Source of the DNA: an uncultured Candidatus Binatia bacterium
GTDB taxonomy: Bacteria > Desulfobacterota > Binatia > UBA9968 > JAJDTQ01
Assembly: GCA_965213675.1 (NCBI GenBank)
Contig: OZ243916.1
Coordinates: forward strand, 1,056,001 to 1,120,000
DNA length: 64,000 bases
Reading direction: 5' to 3'
This document shows positions 38,822 through 49,063 of this stretch, one piece after another. Position numbers and translations under genes: made by a program. Position 1 is the stretch's first letter; every line of letters starts with the position of its first letter. Under the pieces are notes generated by a model. That model was given only the letters and a program-made list of their open reading frames with translations. It did no database searches and was not told where the DNA came from.

Positions 38822-40240
38822 ATGACCGCATCCACGAACACGAACAATTCCATGGGCGAGACCCTCGGGGAGGCCATTGCCTTTCTCGAGGCGAATTATC
38901 CGGACGAGGTGTTGCGGGTCACTCGCGAAGTGGACCCGGTCTTCGAGGTGACGGGGATTCTGGCGAAGCTGGAGCGGCAGCAGCAGTTTCCGTGCGTGAT
39001 CTTCGAGAACGTCAAGGGGTCGTCCATCCCGCTGGTGACCAACATGCACGCGAGCTTTCCCCGGCTCGCCATGGCCATCGGGTTGCCGCACGACGCCACG
39101 CCCGCGGATTTCATTCACGAATACGGCAGGCGCGAAGCGAACCCCTTGCCGCCGGTGGACGTGGAGAACGGGCCGTGCCAGGAGGTGGTGATCACGGGCG
39201 ACGACGTGGACGTGACCCGGCTGCCGATCCTGCAGTACCACGAGCTTGACGCCGGCCGTTACATCACCCTCGCCTTCGACGTCATGAAGGAGCCGGACAC
39301 CGGCATCCGCAACGCGGGCATCTACCGGCTGCAGCTCAAGGGCCGGAACCGCTTCGGCATCCAGATTTCCGAGACCGCCCACGGCCACTACATCCTCAAG
39401 AAGAACAAGTCCCGGGGCTTGCCCACACAAATGGCCGCGGTCATCGGCGGCCATCCGGCCATGAACATCGGCAACCTTAGCTTCACCTCCATCGACACCG
39501 ACGAGTTCAGCATCGCCGGCGCCATGCTCGGCAAGCCGGTGGAACTGGTGAAGTGCAAGACCATCGACGTCGAGGTGCCGGCCACCGCCGAAATCGTGCT
39601 GGAATGCGAGATCCATCCCACCGAGATGGAGGAGGAAGCCCCCTTCGGCGAGTACCCCGGCACCTACGGACCCATGCGCGTCAACCCGGTGGTCTACGTC
39701 AAGGCCATCACCATGCGAAAAAACGCGCTCTACCAGAGCTCGTTCGTGGGGCACGCCGACAACCTCCTGCTCTCCGGGGTCACGCGCAACAGCTACATCT
39801 ACCACACCTGCCGCATCGCCAGCGCCGGGGTCAAGGCGGTGTACGTGCCGCCCTGCGGGCGTTCACGCTACATCTGCTACGTCCAGATGGAACGATCCAT
39901 GATCGACGGCGACGCCAAGAACGCGGCCATGGCCGCCTTCGCCGCCGACCCGTTCCTCAAGTTCGTCATCTGCGTGGACGACGACGTGGACATCAGCAAC
40001 GACAGCGACGTGATGCACGCCATCGCCACCCGTGTGCGCGCGGACCGCGACGTGTTCATGATCACCCACTCCCGGGGCTCCCCGCTGGACCCGGCGTCCT
40101 ACGACCCCGCGGGCGGGTCGCACCTGGTCACCAAGGTGGGCGTGGACGCCACGCGAAAATCCGACTACCCGGCCGAGATCACCGTTCCGGGCACCGACGC
40201 CATCGACCTCACCCGGTACTTCGGCGACCGCTTCAAGTAG
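38822..40240 (+). CDS. UbiD family (prFMN) decarboxylase
   Basis: GIYRLQ, VPATAEIVLE, EEAPFGEY, VDDDVD. Confidence 0.9.
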   Translation: MTASTNTNNSMGETLGEAIAFLEANYPDEVLRVTREVDPVFEVTGILAKLERQQQFPCVIFENVKGSSIPLVTNMHASFPRLAMAIGLPHDATPADFIHEYGRREANPLPPVDVENGPCQEVVITGDDVDVTRLPILQYHELDAGRYITLAFDVMKEPDTGIRNAGIYRLQLKGRNRFGIQISETAHGHYILKKNKSRGLPTQMAAVIGGHPAMNIGNLSFTSIDTDEFSIAGAMLGKPVELVKCKTIDVEVPATAEIVLECEIHPTEMEEEAPFGEYPGTYGPMRVNPVVYVKAITMRKNALYQSSFVGHADNLLLSGVTRNSYIYHTCRIASAGVKAVYVPPCGRSRYICYVQMERSMIDGDAKNAAMAAFAADPFLKFVICVDDDVDISNDSDVMHAIATRVRADRDVFMITHSRGSPLDPASYDPAGGSHLVTKVGVDATRKSDYPAEITVPGTDAIDLTRYFGDRFK

Positions 40241-40314
40241 GCTGTCGCCGGAACGCAGACCGCGCGCGGAAGGGTTGCCGCACACTGCGAGGCGCGCCGG
40301 CGGCGTCCCGCAAC

Positions 40315-40413
40315 TTCGTCAAACGCTTGACGGAAAGCGGCTCCACCGAGAGGCAGGCCGAGACTCTCGCTGAAGAGCATGTCGCTCTCCTCAACGCCAA
40401 CCTCGCCATCAAG
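40315..40413 (+). pseudogene. Fragment paralogous to the 5' part of the DUF1640 gene at 7697-8308
   Basis: FVKRLTESGSTERQAETLAEEHVALLNANLA, no start codon. Confidence 0.75.
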
Positions 40414-40533
40414 GAAATCAACGCACATCGCCACTGGGCGGAATCGAAGAACTGATTGAACAAGTAAGCACATTACAGGCTCCCCGGCAGAATCGTCCAA
40501 CGTCTCCGTCACAAAGCTCCACAAGGAGGAACC

Positions 40534-41631
40534 ATGCTGTTTCTGACCAATGAGCACATCCAGGAAGTCCTCGACATGAAAACCTGCCTCGACGCCATGG
40601 AGGACGCCTACCGCGACCTTTCGAAAAACGAGGCGGCGTACCGGCCGCGCATCGACTTCTACGTGCCGCGGGAGCCCCACTTCTACCGCTGGGGCACCAT
40701 GGAGGGAGCAACCCGGTCCCTCGGCTACATGGCCATCCGCATGAAGTCGGACATGCTCGTGTGGGAGAAGAACGGCGATTTCGAGACCGAGGACAAGTAT
40801 TGCGTCGAACCCGGCACCTACTGCGGCCTCATCTTCCTCCTGAGCGTGCGCAACGGCGAGCCGCTGGCGCTGATGAACGACGGCTACCTGCAGCACATGC
40901 GCGTGGGCGCCTGCGCCGGACTCGGCGTCAAGTACCTGTCGCGCCAGAACTCGAAGGTGCTGGGCATGCTGGGCTCCGGCGGCATGGCGCGCACCTACAC
41001 CCGCGCCATCCACGAGGTGCGCGACATCGAATTGCTGCGCGTGTTCAGCCCCACCAAGGCCAACCGCGAAGCCTTCGCCGCGGAGATGCGCGAGCAGCTT
41101 GGGCTCCACGTCGAAACCTGCGACGACGCCCAAAGCGCGTGCCGCGGGGCGGACATCGTGGCGCTGGCCACGGACTCGCTGGTCCAGGTGATGAAGCCCG
41201 AATGGGTGGAGCCGGGCATGCATATCACCAACGTCCGCTCCAACGAGGCCGGGCCGGAAATCCTCGCCAAGTGCGACATCCAGGCGCGGCTGGGGGCCTC
41301 TACCCTGGTACTGGACAACCCGCCGCCGGGAACGGTCCACGGCAGCGACGGCATGTTCGCCTACATCGCCGGCACCGCGGACGACATGAAGAAGATTCCG
41401 CCCTCGCCCATCCGCGAGATCGACAACGCCAACATCGGCACCATCCCCGACCTCATGGCCGGCGCCTGGGCCGGACGCACCAGCGACGAGCAGGTGACCT
41501 TCCTCAACAACCAGGGCACCCAGGGGCTCCAGTTCGCGGCAGTGGGCGGCACCGCCTTCGAACTCGCCAAGGCCAAGGGGTTGGGCCATCCGCTGCCACG
41601 GGAGTGGTTCCTGCAGGACATCCGGGACTAG
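40534..41631 (+). CDS. Ornithine cyclodeaminase / mu-crystallin family protein
   Basis: LQHMRVGA, GSGGMA, ADIV, G.QFAAV. Confidence 0.88.
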   Translation: MLFLTNEHIQEVLDMKTCLDAMEDAYRDLSKNEAAYRPRIDFYVPREPHFYRWGTMEGATRSLGYMAIRMKSDMLVWEKNGDFETEDKYCVEPGTYCGLIFLLSVRNGEPLALMNDGYLQHMRVGACAGLGVKYLSRQNSKVLGMLGSGGMARTYTRAIHEVRDIELLRVFSPTKANREAFAAEMREQLGLHVETCDDAQSACRGADIVALATDSLVQVMKPEWVEPGMHITNVRSNEAGPEILAKCDIQARLGASTLVLDNPPPGTVHGSDGMFAYIAGTADDMKKIPPSPIREIDNANIGTIPDLMAGAWAGRTSDEQVTFLNNQGTQGLQFAAVGGTAFELAKAKGLGHPLPREWFLQDIRD

Positions 41632-41722
41632 GAGCCTGCAGCGGACAAGGGCGTCACGTTGTCGTGGATGTCCAGAGACACGGTCTCAACCGATCAGCGT
41701 CTGGTGCCGGACAGCGAACCCA

Positions 41723-42778
41723 ATGCCCGATACCACAGCCCTTTCCCCGCAACGGGCACGCATGCGCGCGGCCGTGCTGCGCTGGTACGACCGCAACAAG
41801 CGTGACCTGCCCTGGCGGAGAACCCGCGATCCCTATGCCATCTGGATCGCGGAAACGATGCTCCAGCAGACCCAAGTCGCAACCGTCGTACCTTACTACC
41901 ACCGCTTCATGGACGCGTTCCCGTCGGTGGAGGTTCTGGCAAGGGCGCCGTTGGACGCCATCCGCGGTGTCTGGAGCGGTCTGGGATACTATCGGCGAGC
42001 GGCCAATCTCCAGCAGTCCGCGCGGGCACTGTTGAGCCGGCACGGCAGCCGCCTGCCCGACGACTTCGACGCATTGCTGCGTCTGCCAGGTATCGGCAAG
42101 TATACCGCCGGGGCGGTGATGAGCATCGCCTTCGGCCGGCCCTATCCCGCCGTGGACGGCAACGTTCGCCGTGTCTACGCGCGCCTGCTCGGCCTCACCG
42201 ACACGAAGCCGCTGGAACAAGCGGCCCGGCAGATGGTTTCCCGCTCACGCCCCGGAGACTTCAATCAGGCGCTGATGGAGCTCGGCGCCACCGTCTGCGT
42301 TCCCGCCGCGCCGCTGTGCGGGCGCTGCCCGCTGGCGCATTGGTGTCAGGCTCGGGCTGCCGGCTCCTTCGAGCTACCGCGCGCCCGGCGCATTGAGACC
42401 AAGGCCGTGGAATGGCCCCTGGTGGTGGTGGAATGGGCATCGAGCATCCTGCTGCACCGCCGGCCGGACGACGGGCTCCTGGCCGGGCTATGGGAACTGC
42501 CCGCGCCCGAGACGCTACCGCCCGAGTTGGCCGAGGAAGCCTGCGCCGCGCCGCCCGTCACGGTCATCCGTCATGCCATCACCGACATGCGCATCACCGC
42601 TCCGGTCTATTGGCTGCGCCGGGAAGCACGTGTGCGGGGCAATGCATGGCGTTGGGTCGAGATCGGCGCGCTGTCCGGCTATCCCCTGTCCTCCCTCTGC
42701 ACCAAGGCCCTGGCCGCCGCGCGTCCCCGGCTGGACGCACTCCCGTCCGGCGACAGCGCCGGGGATGCGCAGGAGTGA
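41723..42778 (+). CDS. mutY: A/G-specific adenine glycosylase
   Basis: RDLPWR, MLQQTQV, GLGYYRRA, LPGIGKYTA, VDGN, Fe-S cysteines, GLWELP. Confidence 0.93.
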   Translation: MPDTTALSPQRARMRAAVLRWYDRNKRDLPWRRTRDPYAIWIAETMLQQTQVATVVPYYHRFMDAFPSVEVLARAPLDAIRGVWSGLGYYRRAANLQQSARALLSRHGSRLPDDFDALLRLPGIGKYTAGAVMSIAFGRPYPAVDGNVRRVYARLLGLTDTKPLEQAARQMVSRSRPGDFNQALMELGATVCVPAAPLCGRCPLAHWCQARAAGSFELPRARRIETKAVEWPLVVVEWASSILLHRRPDDGLLAGLWELPAPETLPPELAEEACAAPPVTVIRHAITDMRITAPVYWLRREARVRGNAWRWVEIGALSGYPLSSLCTKALAAARPRLDALPSGDSAGDAQE

Positions 42779-42860
42779 CGACTCCATGCGTTGACGGCCC
42801 GTAACCTGCCAAATATAGTCTCCGAAAACCGTCTCCGAGAACCAGTCCCACGGGAGCGCC

Positions 42861-43313
42861 ATGGGTACGGTACTAGCGATCTACATCGCCTCCGAAGGCA
42901 GCGCGCACATGCGCAAGGTGGACGAAGCCGAGGCCGTGGCCAGCATGGGTCTCAGGGGCGACCGCTACTGCGACGCAACGGGCTATTACAGCGGCTGGGA
43001 CGAGTGCCAGGTGACCCTGATCGAAGCCGAGGACTTGGAGGAAATCGCCGCTGCGTCGGGCATCCAGGTGCTCAACGGCGAACACCGGCGCAACATCGTC
43101 ACACGCGACACCCGCCTGGACGACCTTGTGGGCCATGCGTTTCGCGTCGGCGAGGCGGTACTGGCGTTCGACCGGCCGCGGCCGCCGTGTGCGTACATCC
43201 AGTCCATCACCGAACCGGGCATGACCCGAGCCCTCATGGGCAAGAGCGGCATCTGTGCGCTGGTGGTTCAGGGCGGCGTTATCCGGCCCGGCGACGACAT
43301 CGCCGTCCTGTGA
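42861..43313 (+). CDS. MOSC domain protein
   Basis: GLRGDRY, RRNIVT, PC, GGVIRPGD. Confidence 0.88.
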   Translation: MGTVLAIYIASEGSAHMRKVDEAEAVASMGLRGDRYCDATGYYSGWDECQVTLIEAEDLEEIAAASGIQVLNGEHRRNIVTRDTRLDDLVGHAFRVGEAVLAFDRPRPPCAYIQSITEPGMTRALMGKSGICALVVQGGVIRPGDDIAVL

Positions 43314-43329
43314 TGTTTGTGATGTTGCG

Positions 43330-44649
43330 GTGCCAGTGACCCCTCCCGTACCCACGCCGGCTCCGGCCGGGTCGCGGTTCACGTTCTTCTACGGCTGGAT
43401 CATCCTCCTCGGAGGCTTCCTCATACTGGTGGTGGACGGCGGCGTGCGTTTTTCCTTCGGCGTGCTGGTGAAGCCTCTGGCGGCGGAGTTCGGCTGGGAG
43501 CGGGGCGCCATCACCCTGGCCTATACGCTCAATATGCTGGTGTTCGGCTTCAGCCAGATGATGGCCGGAAAGTTGCTGGACCGCTACGGTCCGCGGCTGC
43601 TGTTTTCGGTGTCGGCGCTGGCCGCGTCCGCCGGCATATTCCTGACGTCTCGCACCAGCTCCCTGTCCGAGCTCTATCTCTACTATGGCGTGTTCACCGC
43701 CATCGGCGTATCGGGGATCACCATCGGCGTGGTGTCTTCCACGGTCTCCCGGTGGTTTCGCAGCCTGCGCGGCCTCATCGGCGGCATCGCGGTCACCGGC
43801 ACGGCGTTCGGACAGTTTGCGGTGATCCCGGCGCTGGCCTACTCACTCGAACGCTTCGGATGGCGCGGTTCGTGGGCCGGACTGGGCGTCCTGGTGTCCG
43901 TGGTGGTGATCCCGGTGGCGTCGACGCTCATGCGGAAGGAACCCGCGGACCTGGGCCTATCGCCCTACGAGATCGGCGGCGGGAACAGGCCGGTTCCCCG
44001 CGCCAGTCCGGTCCCGGACCTGCCGCCGCGTCAGGCCTTCCTTTCCCCGACGTTCCTCTTCACCGCGCTGGCCTACGGCCTGTGCGGTTTTCAGGACTTC
44101 TTCTTCGTGACCCAGTTCATCCCCTTCGCCACCGACGCCGGGCTGACCAGCCAACAGGCCTCCAACATCCAGGGCTTGGCCGGCCTGTTGGGCATGGCCG
44201 GGGTGCTGGCGTTTCCGGCGCTGACCGAGAAGCTTGGACACGGCCTGCCCCTGTCGGCCATGTTCCTCTTGCGCATCGTCTGCTTCGGGCTGTTGGCGTT
44301 CGAGTCCACGGAAGCCGCGATCATCACCGCCGCCCTGTTGATGGGGTTCACGCTGATGGCCACCGCCCCGCTGGCCGCGGCCATTACCGGCGACTACTTC
44401 GGCCTGCGCCACATCGGCCTCATCACCGGGGCGATTCTTTGGGCGCATCACACCGGCGGGGCCATGGGCGCTCTCCTGGGAGGCCTCGTCCACGACGCCA
44501 CCGGCTCCTACGACGGGGTGTTCCTGGCGTGTTTCGTCATGGCGTTCGCGGGAGCGGCGGCGTGCCTGGGAATCCGTCCACCGCCTCAGTCGTCTTCGGC
44601 AGCCAGCTCCTCCCGGCACTTACGCCACCGGCCGCGGAACTGGTGGTAG
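43330..44649 (+). CDS. MFS transporter
   Basis: FFYGW, GKLLDRYGPR, ~12 TM helices; start approximate. Confidence 0.86.
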   Translation: MPVTPPVPTPAPAGSRFTFFYGWIILLGGFLILVVDGGVRFSFGVLVKPLAAEFGWERGAITLAYTLNMLVFGFSQMMAGKLLDRYGPRLLFSVSALAASAGIFLTSRTSSLSELYLYYGVFTAIGVSGITIGVVSSTVSRWFRSLRGLIGGIAVTGTAFGQFAVIPALAYSLERFGWRGSWAGLGVLVSVVVIPVASTLMRKEPADLGLSPYEIGGGNRPVPRASPVPDLPPRQAFLSPTFLFTALAYGLCGFQDFFFVTQFIPFATDAGLTSQQASNIQGLAGLLGMAGVLAFPALTEKLGHGLPLSAMFLLRIVCFGLLAFESTEAAIITAALLMGFTLMATAPLAAAITGDYFGLRHIGLITGAILWAHHTGGAMGALLGGLVHDATGSYDGVFLACFVMAFAGAAACLGIRPPPQSSSAASSSRHLRHRPRNWW

Positions 44650-45632
44650 GTCAGACCGAGCGCTTTTGCCGCCTGGCGCTGATTGTAACGCGCCTCTGTC
44701 AGGCTCTCGCGGATCATGCGCAACTCAAGTTCTCTCACCGCCTCCTCGAGCGACCGGTCCGGCCCTTCAGGGACAGCCTGGGGATCTCGCGCCGAGCCGT
44801 CCGGGGCCAAGGAAGCTGGGGCCGGCGCCGGTCCCTCGATGCCGTCGCCCGCATCCGTGCCAAACGGCGACACGAACGGATCGATGACGAGTTCGTCGAT
44901 GGTGGGCGTATCGGATCGATACACCGCGCGCTCCACCACGTTCCTGAGCTCGCGAACGTTGCCCGGCCAGGCGTAGCTCTCCATTTGCGCCACCGCGCGA
45001 CGGCTGAATTGGGGAAGAGCTTCCCAACACAGCTCATGCGCCATGCGCGCGGCAAAGTGGTTGGCCAGCAACAGGATGTCCTCTCCGCGACGGCGCAAGG
45101 GCGGCACGAAGAGGACGTCGAACGACAGCCGATCCAGCAGGTCAAGTTTGAACCGGCCCTGGCGGGCCAGCGCGGGCAGGTCCGCGTTGGTCGCGCCGAT
45201 GATTCTCGTGTCCACTTGCACGGGTCGCGAAGACCCCACCCGTTCGAAACTGCCATACTCCACCACCCGAAGAATCTTCTCCTGAACCTCCGTGGGAGTC
45301 TGAGCGATCTCGTCCAGGAACAGGGTTCCCTCCGTGGCCGCCTCGAACCGTCCGGCGCGCCGTTGCCGCGCGCCGGTGAACGCGCCCTCCTCATGGCCGA
45401 ACAATTCCGACTCCAGCAATGTGGGCGCCAGCGCCGCGCAGTTCAGGGCAACGAGGGGTCCGCGCCAACGTTGTGACAGATAGTGCAGCTTGGCCGCGGC
45501 CAGCTCCTTGCCGGTACCGCGTTCACCGATCAACAGGATCGGACGATCAACCCTGGCGGCACGGGACAGCATCTCCTGAAAGTCCAGAAAGGCATTGGAC
45601 TGTCCCAGCGGCTCTGTATAGGCTTCCGGCAT
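44586..45632 (-). CDS. pspF: Phage shock protein operon sigma54 activator
   Basis: GERGTGKE, GAFTGA, LFLDE, WPGNVREL, C-terminal HTH; divergent from pspA. Confidence 0.93.
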   Translation of the reverse strand: MPEAYTEPLGQSNAFLDFQEMLSRAARVDRPILLIGERGTGKELAAAKLHYLSQRWRGPLVALNCAALAPTLLESELFGHEEGAFTGARQRRAGRFEAATEGTLFLDEIAQTPTEVQEKILRVVEYGSFERVGSSRPVQVDTRIIGATNADLPALARQGRFKLDLLDRLSFDVLFVPPLRRRGEDILLLANHFAARMAHELCWEALPQFSRRAVAQMESYAWPGNVRELRNVVERAVYRSDTPTIDELVIDPFVSPFGTDAGDGIEGPAPAPASLAPDGSARDPQAVPEGPDRSLEEAVRELELRMIRESLTEARYNQRQAAKALGLTYHQFRGRWRKCREELAAEDD

Positions 45633-45647
45633 GGATCTTCCTAATGA

Positions 45648-45703
45648 TGGTAAATATTACCACTAGTAGATGAAATATACTAATATAAGGTATATTTTAC
45701 CAA
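45648..45703. promoter_or_regulatory. Putative PspF upstream activator sites
   Basis: Palindrome TGGTAA-ATA-TTACCA plus two related AT-rich sites. Confidence 0.55.
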
Positions 45704-45769
45704 CAGCACAAAGGGCCGCGACAAACCACAAAGTCAATGAAAACAGTACCTTGTAAACCAACCTGCGGT

Positions 45770-45785
45770 TGGCACTCTTTGTGCT
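45770..45785 (+). promoter_or_regulatory. Sigma54 (-24/-12) promoter of pspA
   Basis: TGGCAC-TCTTT-GTGCT with correct GG/GC spacing. Confidence 0.8.
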
Positions 45786-45843
45786 TTCTCCATAGGCCAG
45801 CGGGACCCGCATGTTTCCCGCGAATACCCACGGAGGAAGTCGA

Positions 45844-46512
45844 ATGGGAATCTTTACACGCTTGAGCGACATCGTCAGCTCGAACATCAACTCGATGCTG
45901 GACAAGGCGGAGAATCCGGAAAAGCTCATCCGGCTGATGATACAGGAGATGGAGGATACGCTGGTGGAGATCAAGGTGGCTTGCGCCCAGGCGATGGCGA
46001 CGCGCAAGAAGGTCGAGCGCGAGCTCGATGAAGCGCGGCAACGCCACGACCAGTGGGCGGACAAGGCCAGGCTCGCCGTGAACAAGGGACGTGAAGACCT
46101 GGCGCGGGAGGCGCTGATGGAGAAGCGGCGCTATCGGGAACGCTCGGAGACCCTGGAGAGCGAGGCGGTGCAGTGCGGCGGCATCATTGAACAATACCAG
46201 TCGGACATGGTCCAGTTGGAAGACAAGCTGGCGAAGGCGAAGGAAAAGCAGCGCATCCTGGTACAGCGCCACATTCAGGCGCACGAGCGGAAGCGCGCGC
46301 AGACCGGGGTCCGCAAGATGGGCAGCGCGGACACGATGCTGCGTTTCGAGCAGTTCGAGAACCGTATCGAGCGCATGGAGGCCGAAGCCGATCTGGTCAA
46401 CTTCGCGCGCAAACCGGATCACGATGATGAGTTTACCCGCCTGGGACAGGACGACGAGATCGAAGCCGAACTGCGGGCGCTCAAGGATGCCGCCGGGCGA
46501 TCCGGCGCCTGA
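45844..46512 (+). CDS. pspA: Phage shock protein A
   Basis: MGIFTRLSDIV..NIN..LDKAENPEK..IQEMEDTLVE. Confidence 0.95.
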   Translation: MGIFTRLSDIVSSNINSMLDKAENPEKLIRLMIQEMEDTLVEIKVACAQAMATRKKVERELDEARQRHDQWADKARLAVNKGREDLAREALMEKRRYRERSETLESEAVQCGGIIEQYQSDMVQLEDKLAKAKEKQRILVQRHIQAHERKRAQTGVRKMGSADTMLRFEQFENRIERMEAEADLVNFARKPDHDDEFTRLGQDDEIEAELRALKDAAGRSGA

Positions 46513-46557
46513 GATGCGGCGGCGGCGTGTGCGGCTGAATCGCGTGGGTGAGCAAGT

Positions 46558-46791
46558 ATGACACCGGAGAGCATCGTGGGATTGGTGTTGGGCGTACTGG
46601 GGATCCTCCTGATCCTGGGCGCGGTCTTGATTGTCATGGTGGTATGGGCCATCAAGGCGCTCCGCGGCAACGGGGGCGGCGGCGATGAGGCGCAGTTGAT
46701 GCAAGAGCTCTACCAAGGGCTAAGCCGGCTCGAAGACCGCGTGGAATCCCTGGAGACCATTTTACTCGACAGAAAGGATGGAAACCCATGA
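46558..46791 (+). CDS. pspB: Phage shock protein B
   Basis: TM helix + RLEDRVESLETIL; between pspA and pspC. Confidence 0.85.
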   Translation: MTPESIVGLVLGVLGILLILGAVLIVMVVWAIKALRGNGGGGDEAQLMQELYQGLSRLEDRVESLETILLDRKDGNP

Positions 46792-47180
46792 TTCGAGGCA
46801 ATTCGAGGATGACCGGCATCTACCGCTCGCGTCGCGGTGTGATCCTGGGCGTGTGCCGCGGTCTCGCGGAATACCTGGACGTGCGGGTATTGTGGATCCG
46901 GGTGATCGCCGTGGTGCTGTTGATCAGCACCGGTTTCTGGCCGGTCGCCGGTCTCTACCTGCTGGCCGCCCTGATCCTGAAACCGGAGCCCGTGCTGCCC
47001 TTGCGGACGGAGGGAGAACAGGACTTCTACAACAGCTACGCACACTCGCGCACCATTGCGCTGAATCGCCTGCGCCGCACCTTCGGTCAGCTCGACCGCC
47101 GTATACGCCGCATGGAGAACATGGTCACCGACCGCGAGTACGATTGGGAGAGAAGGCTGCGCACCGGAGAAAGGGAGTAA
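46788..47180 (+). CDS. pspC: Phage shock protein C
   Basis: YRSR..ILGVCRGLAEY PspC domain. Confidence 0.9.
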   Translation: MIRGNSRMTGIYRSRRGVILGVCRGLAEYLDVRVLWIRVIAVVLLISTGFWPVAGLYLLAALILKPEPVLPLRTEGEQDFYNSYAHSRTIALNRLRRTFGQLDRRIRRMENMVTDREYDWERRLRTGERE

Positions 47181-47223
47181 AGGGAGGGTAGGCCACACTA
47201 GACAGGGTTCCCACAGATGGCGT

Positions 47224-48369
47224 TCACCCGCGGGTCACCCGGAAGCGGGCCATGAAGCGGCTGTCGAGGTAGTCCTTGAGGCGCCAGCACCAGCGGGCGT
47301 GGGCGGCCCATCCCTTGTAGTCCATCAGCGCCTTGCCGTCGCCGGTGTTGAGGAGGCGCAGGAAATCGTGCTGCGGCTCGTAGCGCGACAGCGGCTCGTT
47401 CCGCGCCAGCGCGCCGATGTTGCGCCACAGCACCGGGCCTTGGCGCACGGCATGCACACCGGCCTTGGGGACGGCCGCACCGGCGAGGGAGCCGCTGTCC
47501 CCCACGGCGAACACATGGTCCGAACCCGTGGACTGGAGGGTCCCGCGGGTCAAAAGGAAGCCCTTGGGGTCCTTCGGCAAGGCAATATGATCCAGCACGG
47601 GAGGCGGCGCGGCGCCGGCGGCCAGGATGACAAGGTCCGCGGGAATGCGGCGGCCGCCGGCCCACGCGGCCGCTTGCGCGTCCACACGCGTGATCCGGGT
47701 GTCCGTGAGCACCTCCACGCCGCGGGACGCCAGCAGAGCATCCACCAGGTGAAACGCCCTCGGCGACAGTCCGCCGGCGATGCGCTTGCCCGCGTCGACG
47801 AGGGTGATGTCGTAGCGCAACCCGCCGGACAGCCGGTTCAGGTACGCGGGCAGGCACAGGCTGATCTCGATGCCGCCCACGCCGCCGCCGATGATCAATA
47901 CCCGGATGGCCTCCCTGCCTTGCCACTTCAAATCCTGGAGCCGTTCGTAGAGCCGCATGAGGAAAGTCTGCATGGGCTTTATGGAAACCCACGCGCCGGC
48001 GCCGGCGTGGAGACCGGCACGGTTGGGCACCGAGCCGGCGCCCACGGAGAGGATGTCGAACGGCACGGGCTCGTGCTTCTCGAAGAGGACGGTGCGGGCC
48101 TCCGCGTCCACGCCCACGGCCGGCTCCGCCACCAGCTCGGCCCGGGCCGCGTGGGCCAGGCTCCGTAGTTCGATCTCCAACATGCCCGGGGGGTACTGGC
48201 CCGACAGCGTACCGGGCAACATGCCGGAATAGGTGGCCGCGGCAAAGCTCGATACGCACACCAGCCGGGCGCCCGCCATGGGCTCCCGGCGCCACATGTC
48301 GAGGACATGGGCGTTGGTGTGACCGATGCCAAGGAGGACGATCCGGGTTGCCTTGGCAGGTTGTGACAA
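47224..48369 (-). CDS. FAD-dependent pyridine nucleotide-disulfide oxidoreductase (like the N-terminal domain of SelD fusions)
   Basis: GIGHTNAH, YSGMLPG, GGGVGG, FAVGD, PKAGVHAVR, W.LKDYLD.RFM; start approximate. Confidence 0.82.
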   Translation of the reverse strand: MSQPAKATRIVLLGIGHTNAHVLDMWRREPMAGARLVCVSSFAAATYSGMLPGTLSGQYPPGMLEIELRSLAHAARAELVAEPAVGVDAEARTVLFEKHEPVPFDILSVGAGSVPNRAGLHAGAGAWVSIKPMQTFLMRLYERLQDLKWQGREAIRVLIIGGGVGGIEISLCLPAYLNRLSGGLRYDITLVDAGKRIAGGLSPRAFHLVDALLASRGVEVLTDTRITRVDAQAAAWAGGRRIPADLVILAAGAAPPPVLDHIALPKDPKGFLLTRGTLQSTGSDHVFAVGDSGSLAGAAVPKAGVHAVRQGPVLWRNIGALARNEPLSRYEPQHDFLRLLNTGDGKALMDYKGWAAHARWCWRLKDYLDSRFMARFRVTRG

Positions 48370-48451
48370 TACTCCGGCTGACACCTGCGGGCGCCCTTCG
48401 ACTTCACTTCGCTCAGGGTGAACGGAGCCAGACTGAATGCGCAACAGCCTG

Positions 48452-49063
48452 TCAGAGGATGACGCGAACCGACGGGCGCGCCGCCATGCGCTGGTGCCAG
48501 GCGTCCAGCAACGGCAGGCTCGGATGCGGCAAAACGCCCCACTGGACGTGGCGCATGACCCGCGGGAAGTGGGCGGCATCGAGGAGCGAGAAGTCGCCGG
48601 CCATATAGTCGCGGCCGTCAAGCTCGCGTTCCAGCGGTTGCAGTTCCTCCAGAAAGCGAGCCGTGGCGGCGGCCAACGCACCGGCGTCACGCTCGGCCTC
48701 CGGCTTCATCATCTCGGCGCGGATGGCCTGATGGCTCTCGTTGGTGTGAACGATGCCATAGTCGATGAGAATGCGGATACGCGCACGTGTGGCGGGGTCG
48801 GCGGGCAGCAACGGCGGGTCCGGGTATTGCTCCTCCAGGTACTCGTTGATGATGCAGGACTCGTAGAGCACCGTGCCGCCGTCCACCAGCGCCGGGACCT
48901 TGCCGTGAGGGTTCATGGCGAGGTACTCCGGCGCCTTCTGCTCGCGCTTGCGCAGGTCCACGGGAACCGTCTCGTAGGCAAGGCTCTTCTCTTCCAGGAC
49001 GATCTTCACCCGCTGGCAGTTGGGCGAGGTCGCGAAATCATACAGCTTGATGGCATCGCTCAT
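48452..49063 (-). CDS. Glutathione S-transferase family protein
   Basis: SPNC, NPHGKVP, ESCII.EYL, GDFSLLD. Confidence 0.9.
   Translation of the reverse strand: MSDAIKLYDFATSPNCQRVKIVLEEKSLAYETVPVDLRKREQKAPEYLAMNPHGKVPALVDGGTVLYESCIINEYLEEQYPDPPLLPADPATRARIRILIDYGIVHTNESHQAIRAEMMKPEAERDAGALAAATARFLEELQPLERELDGRDYMAGDFSLLDAAHFPRVMRHVQWGVLPHPSLPLLDAWHQRMAARPSVRVIL

Noticed and set aside
44586-44649. 64-bp convergent overlap between the MFS gene and pspF
   Set aside because: Low-complexity tail extension; common and probably incidental.
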